In this document: in pieces, positions 29,317-37,080 of the stretch
Position numbering within the stretch: the first letter of the stretch is position 1
Layout of the letters: every line of letters begins with the position of its first letter
Assembly (NCBI GenBank): GCA_026387335.1
Contig: JAPLLX010000003.1
Coordinates: 74,230-138,229, forward strand
Origin: Candidatus Omnitrophota bacterium
Lineage (GTDB): Bacteria; Omnitrophota; Gorgyraeia; Gygaellales; Profunditerraquicolaceae
Direction of reading: 5' to 3'
Length of the DNA stretch: 64,000 nt
The notes under the pieces: generated by a model
The model's database searches: none
The model's input: only the letters and a program-made list of their open reading frames with translations
Told to the model about the DNA's origin: nothing
Position numbers and translations under genes: made by a program

Positions 29317-30240
29317 TTACCCTTTTTGTAACTGACCAACAGAAGGTTTTTTAAGTTTCAGGAGTTCTGCTATCAACTGCTTAACTTCCGAATGAAGATT
29401 TAAATCCTCAAATTGCCCTCTAATGTTTGTAATTTCAAGAAGCAACCTTGAAGATGAAACTAATGCCATTTTTGCTGTTTCTAAATCTGCCCTTGGATTT
29501 ACATCTCTCTTGTCTGGCTTCTCTTTAAACAAACCCAAACCTATAAAACTTGAGTGTGTTGCCATAGAGAATTTTTTATAAATCCTATACCATTCCAAAC
29601 CTTGATTATCACAAACTCTAAAAATATCTTCTATCTTTTCGTATTCTGGTTTATACCAGAAATTTCTTAGTTTGCCTTTTTTAATAAATTCAGATTTATA
29701 TTCTTCTGCCCTCTTTTTGTATTGTGGATTTAATCTATTTAATTGGAAGTTAACTTGACCCATATTGAAGTCTTTTTCATATTCGTTGAAATCTTCATCC
29801 AGGTAACTATTTAATAAATCATGTGCATAGAATTTAAACGCCATATATTCGCTATCTTTCTTAACGATAGCTACTGAATTCGTAAAGCATTCTAGGAGGC
29901 TTCGTATAATTACAGGGGCTACGGAAACCCATCCATCTTCACACATAGATAAAATACTCCTATCTAAAATAACTGCTCTCTCTCCTATTATATACAGACA
30001 CCCTCTTGCTAAAATATCTTTTCCGGCTAAAGGACTTGGGGGGTTGTATTTTTTGAAAGACGCCAAGTTTGTTTTAACAGCGAAATCTATGACCTTATTA
30101 TAAAAATCTAAATACGCAAATACTTCAGGGGTGGACTTAACGAACCCTTTTGAGCCAGTTATTTTCCCTCTTCTATATCCTTCTCTGACACCTCTTTTAA
30201 ACCCTTCTATGTATACCTTTTTAGCAATAAATTTTAACAT
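29317..30240 (-). CDS. DUF5677-like / HEPN-like helical protein
   Basis: IIRSLLE and YKKFSMATHSS motifs; SD AAGGAG upstream. Confidence 0.65.
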   Translation of the reverse strand: MLKFIAKKVYIEGFKRGVREGYRRGKITGSKGFVKSTPEVFAYLDFYNKVIDFAVKTNLASFKKYNPPSPLAGKDILARGCLYIIGERAVILDRSILSMCEDGWVSVAPVIIRSLLECFTNSVAIVKKDSEYMAFKFYAHDLLNSYLDEDFNEYEKDFNMGQVNFQLNRLNPQYKKRAEEYKSEFIKKGKLRNFWYKPEYEKIEDIFRVCDNQGLEWYRIYKKFSMATHSSFIGLGLFKEKPDKRDVNPRADLETAKMALVSSSRLLLEITNIRGQFEDLNLHSEVKQLIAELLKLKKPSVGQLQKG

Positions 30241-30266
30241 AATCTAATATCTACTCCTTTAATTAT

Positions 30267-30323
30267 TCCGTGGCACATTACTTGATTATCTTTTCTCCGA
30301 GGAATTAAGTATCGTACCCAGGA
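30267..30323. repeat. Imperfect inverted repeat at the junction between island genes
   Basis: TCCGTGGCACATTACTTGATT (30267-30287) vs AATTAAGTATCGTACCCAGGA (30303-30323): 15/21 positions complementary by hand. Confidence 0.6.
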
Positions 30324-30328
30324 CTCCG

Positions 30329-30865
30329 TTATTTAATTCTAAATCTTTCTGCCGCTAATTTTAATAATTCAAAATCATCAATGCTAATACTCTTCGGCAT
30401 ACCTATGGAATCCAGAAATTTCATAGTGTCTGCTCTGTCTTTCAATAAATGAGGATACTTAAGCCAAAACCATATTTCGAACATTACAACAGATTGGGAT
30501 TGTCTATATTTCAAACATTCATTAGATGCTATATGCCTAAATAAATAGCATGCCTCAATAATACGAAAAGGTAATGTATCTGTTTCATAAGATAAAACGT
30601 CATCTAGGTCATTATCAGCATGTTTAAAGAAATTTTGAGCCTTGTGAATAGTATTTATCCATAATTTCTTATACTCTGGCTTTATATAATCAGAATCATG
30701 GAGAAAAGCTTCAACGCCATATTTTTTTCCTAATGGCATTAGTACGCCTATGGCAGCTCCTACCAATGTTTCAATAACTACAGGATTAGCCTTATCAAAA
30801 AATAAAAAAATAGCTTCATTTAGTTGTATTTCCGCGGCTTGAATCTTCTTAAAATTAATCTTCAT
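30329..30865 (-). CDS. Hypothetical protein with HEPN-like NFFKHAD motif (track start 30907; ATG 30865 preferred)
   Basis: K..AA..QL..AI.LFF...TL.GAA N-terminus and QNFFKHAD; AT-rich. Confidence 0.7.
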   Translation of the reverse strand: MKINFKKIQAAEIQLNEAIFLFFDKANPVVIETLVGAAIGVLMPLGKKYGVEAFLHDSDYIKPEYKKLWINTIHKAQNFFKHADNDLDDVLSYETDTLPFRIIEACYLFRHIASNECLKYRQSQSVVMFEIWFWLKYPHLLKDRADTMKFLDSIGMPKSISIDDFELLKLAAERFRIK

Positions 30866-30950
30866 AATCCATTTTTGGTAATTTTTAGAAAAGTACTGAA
30901 TTTTCAAATGACACCGGCACGCTTAGCCGCGGATATTAATGTTAATTATG

Positions 30951-31129
30951 GATATTTTGCCGAAGGGTGTTGTGAAGCGCACAATTAGAAAATTTTCGGC
31001 AAAAGAGTGCGAGGAATTACGACGAACGGAGGAATTCCTTTCTAGCGTAAGTCCTTCCGGGAGTGAGTCGTAAACCGAAGCACTCGGCGAAAATTTTCGT
31101 GCGCGAACAATACCCGCAGGCGAAATATC
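30951..31129 (+). repeat. 179-bp long imperfect hairpin (REP/MITE-like or structured RNA)
   Basis: Seven nested helices: 30951-61/31119-29, 30965-73/31107-15, 30977-82/31099-104, 30988-98/31088-98, 31005-10/31080-85, 31017-23/31067-73, 31027-33/31052-59. Confidence 0.85.
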
Positions 31130-32120
31130 AAAGAATCAACATTGCGTCGCCGTAGCTGTAAAACCTGTATTTCTTATCCACTGCTTCCTGATACGCCTTT
31201 TTCATCAACTGCTCTCCGCCAAAAGCGCATACCAGCATAAAAAGCGTGGTCTTGGGCAAATGAAAATTTGTCAGCAAGCAATTGGCTAATTTAAATTTAT
31301 AACCCGGATAAATGAATAAATTTGTTTGGCCTTCTTTTATGCCAGTAGCATAAACCTCTAAAGCTCTTAATGAAGTTGTGCCTACGGGAATTATGCGGGA
31401 GTTATTCTTGCGCGCTTCTTCTATTTTTTCTTGCGCGGGTTTAGGAACCTGAAAGGATTCCGGTTCCATTTCATGCTCGGTAATATTATCTGAAGTGACC
31501 GGCTTAAACGTGCCTAAGCCGACATGTAAAGTCAAATACGCGGTTTTTACTCCCTCATCTTCTATTTGCTTAAGCAGCTCATTAGTAAAATGCAGTCCGG
31601 CGGTAGGAGAAGCTATCGCGCCCTCTTTATTCGCATAAACTGTTTGATAATATTCTTTATCTAAATCTTCCGGCTCTCTTCTGATGTAAGGAGGAAGCGG
31701 AACCTGGCCGAATTCATAAATTTTATCCGCGTCTTTTAGCTTAAAAGAAATCTCCCGGCGGTTAGTTACTGCTCCCTCAATCTTATCTTTTCCGAAAAAT
31801 ATCTTCTCGCCTATTTTGGTGCGGCTGGGTTGGATCAACGCTTCAAAAGTAGAGCCGCTTCTGCGCTTAGTCAATAAAATCTCAACCTTGCCTCCGGTAG
31901 CCTTATGCCCGATTAAACGGCAGGTAAGCACCTTGGTATCATTTAAAACCAGAAGGTCGTCTTTTTTTAAATATTTGGCGATATCCTTAAAAAGGCAATG
32001 CTCAATTTCTGAGTTTGAGCGGTTGACAACCATAAGCTTGGCTTCCACTCTATCCTCTAGAGGATATTGGGCGATTAATTCTTTGGGCAGGTTATAGTCA
32101 AAATCAGAGAGTTTTAACAT
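31128..32120 (-). CDS. queA: S-adenosylmethionine:tRNA ribosyltransferase-isomerase
   Basis: DFDYNLP..LIAQ.P, PLPPYI, PTAGLHF, TNFHLPKTTL, YSYGDAM. Confidence 0.97.
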   Translation of the reverse strand: MLKLSDFDYNLPKELIAQYPLEDRVEAKLMVVNRSNSEIEHCLFKDIAKYLKKDDLLVLNDTKVLTCRLIGHKATGGKVEILLTKRRSGSTFEALIQPSRTKIGEKIFFGKDKIEGAVTNRREISFKLKDADKIYEFGQVPLPPYIRREPEDLDKEYYQTVYANKEGAIASPTAGLHFTNELLKQIEDEGVKTAYLTLHVGLGTFKPVTSDNITEHEMEPESFQVPKPAQEKIEEARKNNSRIIPVGTTSLRALEVYATGIKEGQTNLFIYPGYKFKLANCLLTNFHLPKTTLFMLVCAFGGEQLMKKAYQEAVDKKYRFYSYGDAMLIL

Positions 32121-33228
32121 TTGTCCCCGGATAGTAATATTTTAAGATCTGTTCAGCGCTCTGGTCATCTTTGGCCATAAAATAAGCGCCCCACTGGCAA
32201 AGCCCCACGCCATGCCCCCAGCCAATCCCTTCAAAAACCGCGTCTTTGCCGGATATAGCGACTGAGAAATTAGTGCTCCTGATAATATTCGGGCCTAAAA
32301 TGCCGCGAAAATCCTTAGCCGGAACCTTGACTTCTCCCCCTTCTGACATTATCAACAGGTTGGTAATCCTTCCGGACTTATCTCTGCCCTCTATGTTTAT
32401 ATTACTGATATTTTTTATCTTAAATCCTGCGTCGGATAACTTTTTTCCGATCTCCTTTAAGGTAAGATCATAATGCCAGTTAAAATGCGGAGATTCCCGG
32501 CAGTAGGCGCAAGCTACTCCTTTTAAGGGCGCTAAATCTAAATTCCAGAGGAGCGCCGCGTCCTCTGTATGGCCGCCGCAGGTGGCGTGAAAATAAGCCG
32601 GGATGATCTTTCCTTTATAAAAGAGGACTTTCCCGTCTGTTTCATCCACTGCCCTGGTTGTCCGAAACCGCTCAGAGGTCTGGCCTCCATAGACCTGAGA
32701 ATATATATCACTGGTTACATCAAAATCATTAAGCCTATTCTCCTGTATCTGATAAAGCGCGTAGGTGCGCGAAACTATCGCCTGCGCCTTTAACGCCTCC
32801 ATCGGCCAGTAATGGGAGGTTTCATGATACATAATACCTTTGATATAATCTTGCAGTTCAATATGATTGACGACCAGTATTTTATTTTCGCCTTTGCGGA
32901 TAAACTGGATATTCCCCCGGAACATCCTCCCGTTGATTATAATGGCCTCGGGGTCGTCGGATTCAATCAACAGGTTCTCGGAATTCGGTTTTACTCCCCC
33001 CAGGATTATTCCGTTTTTATAGGTGGTTACCGTCGTATTGATAGACTTGGCCCGGTAGACTATCTTATCGCTCTTTAGGTCCTTGACCCTAAAGAACCCT
33101 TTTATCTTAAGGCTCAAAGATGGCGCGTCCTGGATAATAGCCACCCGCACATAGCGCGGAGTATCGGCAAAAGCAAAACCCGCCGTAATCAAAATTGACA
33201 CAACCACTATCTTAAATATGCGTATCAT
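32104..33228 (-). CDS. SpoIID/LytB domain protein (exported lytic transglycosylase-like)
   Basis: EALKAQAIVSRTY, SQVYGG, GHGVGLCQWGA, ILKYYYPG; start reset to ATG 33228 (signal peptide, ATGA overlap with queH). Confidence 0.92.
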   Translation of the reverse strand: MIRIFKIVVVSILITAGFAFADTPRYVRVAIIQDAPSLSLKIKGFFRVKDLKSDKIVYRAKSINTTVTTYKNGIILGGVKPNSENLLIESDDPEAIIINGRMFRGNIQFIRKGENKILVVNHIELQDYIKGIMYHETSHYWPMEALKAQAIVSRTYALYQIQENRLNDFDVTSDIYSQVYGGQTSERFRTTRAVDETDGKVLFYKGKIIPAYFHATCGGHTEDAALLWNLDLAPLKGVACAYCRESPHFNWHYDLTLKEIGKKLSDAGFKIKNISNINIEGRDKSGRITNLLIMSEGGEVKVPAKDFRGILGPNIIRSTNFSVAISGKDAVFEGIGWGHGVGLCQWGAYFMAKDDQSAEQILKYYYPGTNVKTL

Positions 33229-33770
33229 CGGGTCTTGGAATTTGGTTTTTTTATAGAGCGTTCTATTTCCGAATAAATGCACCCGCAATATTTCTGGCAA
33301 TAAATTCCTTTTGTATGCGCCGCATCATGCGCTTTCCTGAAACCTGGCCTAAAATCCGCGTAATAAAATTTCACGCCTTCTTCGAGCGCGACCGCATTGC
33401 CGATTTTTTTAAGTAACTCCTGGTCCTGATAAGGACTGACTAAAAGAGTGGTTGTAAAATATTCCAAACCTTTATTTTTGGCCTCTTGGGCGGTCCTCTT
33501 AAGCCGCTGCCTCCAGCATATCCGGCACCTTTCCGGCGCTTCTTCCTTTAAATTAACCACCTGGAAAAATTCGCGGGGAGAATATTCCGGATAGAGCATC
33601 TCTATACCAGCAGCTAAAGCGCTAAACGCCTCTTTCCTCTTAATGTATTCCGCCAAAGGATGGATATTCGGGTTATAAAAGAACCCGGAAACTTCAAAAC
33701 CTTCCTGTTTTAATTTTTCCAGAGGGTAAATCAGGCACGGCGCGCAACAGGTATGCAGTAAAAGCTTCAT
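33225..33770 (-). CDS. queH: Epoxyqueuosine reductase QueH
   Basis: LLHTCCAPC, YNPNIHP, RC..C, TTL..SP, Q.YCGC.YS. Confidence 0.93.
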   Translation of the reverse strand: MKLLLHTCCAPCLIYPLEKLKQEGFEVSGFFYNPNIHPLAEYIKRKEAFSALAAGIEMLYPEYSPREFFQVVNLKEEAPERCRICWRQRLKRTAQEAKNKGLEYFTTTLLVSPYQDQELLKKIGNAVALEEGVKFYYADFRPGFRKAHDAAHTKGIYCQKYCGCIYSEIERSIKKPNSKTR

Positions 33771-33771
33771 T

Positions 33772-34269
33772 TTATAATTTGAATCTGCTGATAATCAATC
33801 TGCCGAAGAAATCACTCATAAAAATTACGCAGAGGGCGATAAGCATATGCTCGAACATCGCTGTATAGGGGCTGAGCTTGCGCTCGCGGGCAATGCGGTA
33901 ACTGATAGAACATAACAATAATAAACCCCAGGCCAAAGAAACCAGCACTGCCAATTGCAGGGGTAAAAATAAGACGCAGGCAATAAAGGTGAGCGAAACT
34001 AAAAGCCGGCTGGTGAAGTTAGTCAAAGTTGAGATCCAGACTTCTTTCTGGGCCAGGCACTCTGACTCTTGATAAATGTGTATTCCCACCGAATCCGAGA
34101 TATTATCCGCCAGGGCTATGATCAGCATACCGCCGATAATGCTTATCTTGGCGTGCTCTCCGGTCCTTAAGCCGACGACCAACGCTAAATTGGTGATAAT
34201 CGCGGCTGTCGCCCCGAAACTAAACCGCGTGTCTTTTAACCTGCACTTTTCTTTAATGAATTTAATCAT
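33772..34269 (-). CDS. VIT1/CCC1-like membrane protein
   Basis: SFG.T.AIIT, ADNISDSVGIHIYQESE, multiple TM helices. Confidence 0.65.
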   Translation of the reverse strand: MIKFIKEKCRLKDTRFSFGATAAIITNLALVVGLRTGEHAKISIIGGMLIIALADNISDSVGIHIYQESECLAQKEVWISTLTNFTSRLLVSLTFIACVLFLPLQLAVLVSLAWGLLLLCSISYRIARERKLSPYTAMFEHMLIALCVIFMSDFFGRLIISRFKL

Positions 34270-34311
34270 CGATTTTTATTATTTACCGGTAAGGAGAGAA
34301 TAAGAGCGTCC

Positions 34312-35364
34312 CTAAAATAATTCCTTTTGCTGTTCCTTAGTATATTTCCTGCCGAAGTGATCAAAGGCTAACTTGGTAGCCGTGCGGCCGCGCGGGGTAC
34401 GTTTTAAATACCCGGCTTTCAACAGGTATGGCTCAACCGTATCCGCGAGAGTATCTACTTCCTCATTTAAACTGGCAGCCAGAGATTCTACGCCCACCGG
34501 ACCGCCGTTATAAGAATCCATAACCAAAGTTAAGACTTTCCGGTCAAGCGCGTCCAGGCCGGCCTTATCAATCCCTAAATCATCCAGCGATTTAGCGGCC
34601 ATACTCGCGGTCACTTTTGCCAGACGGGCCACCTGGGCATAATCCCTTATACGCCTAAGCAACCGGTTAGCTATACGCGGGGTTCCCCGCGCCCGCAGAG
34701 CGATCTCATTAGCGGCTGCCTCCTCAATATCCACGCCTAAAATAATCGCCGAATGCCTGACTATAGTGGCTAAATCCTCAATTTTATAAAAATCCAGGTT
34801 ATAGAATATCCCGAATCTTCCTCTTAAGGGCGCGGCCAATAAGCCCGAACGCGTAGTCGCGCCGATCAGAGTAAAAGGCTTAAGGTTAAATTTTATCGTC
34901 TTGGCATACGGCCCCTTATCAATAACAAAATCTATCTGGAAACTCTCCATCGCCGGATACAAAAACTCTTCCACTACTTTTGAGAGACGGTGTATCTCAT
35001 CAATGAACAAAATATCCCCTTTTTCCAGGTTGGTCAATATACCGATCAGATCTCCCGCGCGCTCAATCGCCGGACCGCTTGTTGCGGTGATCTTCGCATT
35101 CATTTCATGGGCGATTATATGCGATAAAGAAGTCTTGCCTAAGCCCGGCGGGCCGCTGAATAACACATGTTCTAAAGGTTCAGCTCTTTGCATAGCTGCC
35201 TGAATAGATATCTTTAAATTATCCACAATATCTTTATGCCCGACGAATTCCGTAAACTTCTTCGGACGTAAAGAGATGCTTAAGACCACATCCTCTTCGG
35301 ACTCATTGCTTTTGATTATATTCGGCGCTCCTTTAAGCAGCGCTTCTCTGGTCTCTTCGCTCAT
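34312..35364 (-). CDS. ruvB: Holliday junction branch migration helicase RuvB
   Basis: LRP, GPPGLGKT, DEIHRL, RGTPRIANRLL, RTPRGR; start reset to ATG 35364. Confidence 0.97.
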   Translation of the reverse strand: MSEETREALLKGAPNIIKSNESEEDVVLSISLRPKKFTEFVGHKDIVDNLKISIQAAMQRAEPLEHVLFSGPPGLGKTSLSHIIAHEMNAKITATSGPAIERAGDLIGILTNLEKGDILFIDEIHRLSKVVEEFLYPAMESFQIDFVIDKGPYAKTIKFNLKPFTLIGATTRSGLLAAPLRGRFGIFYNLDFYKIEDLATIVRHSAIILGVDIEEAAANEIALRARGTPRIANRLLRRIRDYAQVARLAKVTASMAAKSLDDLGIDKAGLDALDRKVLTLVMDSYNGGPVGVESLAASLNEEVDTLADTVEPYLLKAGYLKRTPRGRTATKLAFDHFGRKYTKEQQKELF

Positions 35365-36094
35365 AGGGAATAATATTCTCCTTATTGCGCACAATATCTA
35401 TCTCCTGAAACAACTCCGATTGCCGGGCAATAATTTCTTTGATTTTTATTAACTCCAGTACCGCCAAAAAGGTGACGATTATCTCCATTTTATTCTTCGC
35501 GCGTCTAAAAAGTTCGGAAAGTTTAACGCTGGAGTTGACTAGCAATAAATGGAGTATCTGATGGGTCGCCTCCTCCATGGTAAACTTATCCTTAACCACC
35601 TCATAAAATACTTCTTTCGGTATATCTTTTAAGGCCTGGGAAAACGCGTTAATCAAATCAAAAATACTGGCCTCAAAATAGGTTTCTTGATTTTGCGCCT
35701 CTTTCTTTTCTGTCTCAGGCTTGGGCCGTTTAAAGACCTCCTGTTGCTGGGCCTCTTTTTGGCGCAGGTCGCCGGCTATCTCCTTGAATTTTTCATATTC
35801 CAGCAACCGCCTGACCAATTCTTCGCGCGGGTCTTCCGCTTCCGCCTCGCTACCTTCGCCCTCCTGCGCCGGCAGGAGCATCTTAGACTTGATCTGCATA
35901 AGGGTAGCCGCCATAACCAGAAATTCTCCGGCAATATTTAAATCCAGCATCTGCATTAAATTTATATACTCCAGATACTGTGCGGTTACCTTGGCGATCG
36001 GAATATCATAAATATTCAGGTGGTCTTTTTTAACCAAATAAAGGAGCAGGTCCAGGGGACCTTCAAATAATTCTAATTTTATTTTATAATTCAT
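35333..36094 (-). CDS. scpA: Segregation/condensation protein A
   Basis: FEGPLDLLL, AGEFLVMAATL..IKS..LLP, FLAVLEL. Confidence 0.95.
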   Translation of the reverse strand: MNYKIKLELFEGPLDLLLYLVKKDHLNIYDIPIAKVTAQYLEYINLMQMLDLNIAGEFLVMAATLMQIKSKMLLPAQEGEGSEAEAEDPREELVRRLLEYEKFKEIAGDLRQKEAQQQEVFKRPKPETEKKEAQNQETYFEASIFDLINAFSQALKDIPKEVFYEVVKDKFTMEEATHQILHLLLVNSSVKLSELFRRAKNKMEIIVTFLAVLELIKIKEIIARQSELFQEIDIVRNKENIIPYERRDQRSAA

Positions 36095-37080
36095 GCGTTT
36101 TTAAAGCCGATCAGCCCTTTTACTTCTTTAAGGACAGTAGAAGAAAAGGCAACGGCTTTTTCTTTACCCTTATCTAATATATTTCTTATTCCATTTTTAT
36201 CCCGCAACAGCTCTTCCCTGCGAGCATGAAACGGCTTAAGTTTATCCATCAATCCTGACGCCAATATTTTCTTGCACTCGGTGCAGCCGATTTTAGCGTT
36301 GATACAGTTAGCGGCCACTTCTTCCTTTAAACCGGGGATAAACGTTGAATAATAAGCGAAAACATTGCAGATGTCCGGATGCCCTTTATCCGCTAACTTG
36401 ATCCGCTTAGGATCAGTGATCATGGAAGTTACTTTCCGCCGGATGATCTCCTCGGAATCTGAAAGATTTATAGTATTATCATAACTCTTGCTCATCTTAC
36501 GGCCGTCCAGGCCCATAAGCCGCGGCACCTTAGTCAATAAGGCTTGCGGATACGGGAATATATTTTTTTTGTATAATGTATTAAAGCGCCGGGCGATCTC
36601 GCGGGTAAGCTCTAAATGCGGCAACTGGTCGTCTCCGACAGGGACCCTCTCTGCTTTATAAATAAGGATATCCGCCGCCTGAAGCACGGGATAACCCAGA
36701 AAACCGTAAGTATTCAGGTTCCTGGTCTTTATCTGGCGCATCTGCTCTTTATAAGTAGGGCAGCGCTCTAAAAGGCCTAAGGGCGTAAGGCAGGAAAATA
36801 TCATACAAAGATCTAAATGCGCGGCTACTTCTGACTGGACGAATAACGTGGATTTATCCGGGTCAATGCCCGCGGCAATCCAATCAGCCACGTTATCAAT
36901 GGCATATTCGCTCATACGCGACGTATCTTCATATTCGCTCATCAGCGCGTGCCAGTCCGCAACCATAAAAAAGCAGTCGTATTCATCCTGCAGCTTGATC
37001 CAATTATCCAACGCTCCGACTAAATGCCCAAGATGCAGCTTTCCGGTCGGCCGCATACCGCTAAGTATTCTTTTTTTCAT
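36091..37080 (-). CDS. trpS: Tryptophan--tRNA ligase
   Basis: SGMRPTGKLHLGH, YPVLQAADI, VPVG.DQ, KMSKS. Confidence 0.97.
   Translation of the reverse strand: MKKRILSGMRPTGKLHLGHLVGALDNWIKLQDEYDCFFMVADWHALMSEYEDTSRMSEYAIDNVADWIAAGIDPDKSTLFVQSEVAAHLDLCMIFSCLTPLGLLERCPTYKEQMRQIKTRNLNTYGFLGYPVLQAADILIYKAERVPVGDDQLPHLELTREIARRFNTLYKKNIFPYPQALLTKVPRLMGLDGRKMSKSYDNTINLSDSEEIIRRKVTSMITDPKRIKLADKGHPDICNVFAYYSTFIPGLKEEVAANCINAKIGCTECKKILASGLMDKLKPFHARREELLRDKNGIRNILDKGKEKAVAFSSTVLKEVKGLIGFKNA

Noticed and set aside
28680-30950. Classical integron attC sites or prophage
   Set aside because: No RYYYAAC...GTTRRRY-bounded hairpins found by eye, and no intI or phage genes
32104-33228. Sporulation gene
   Set aside because: SpoIID/LytB domains are common in non-sporulating diderms, and LPS genes are present
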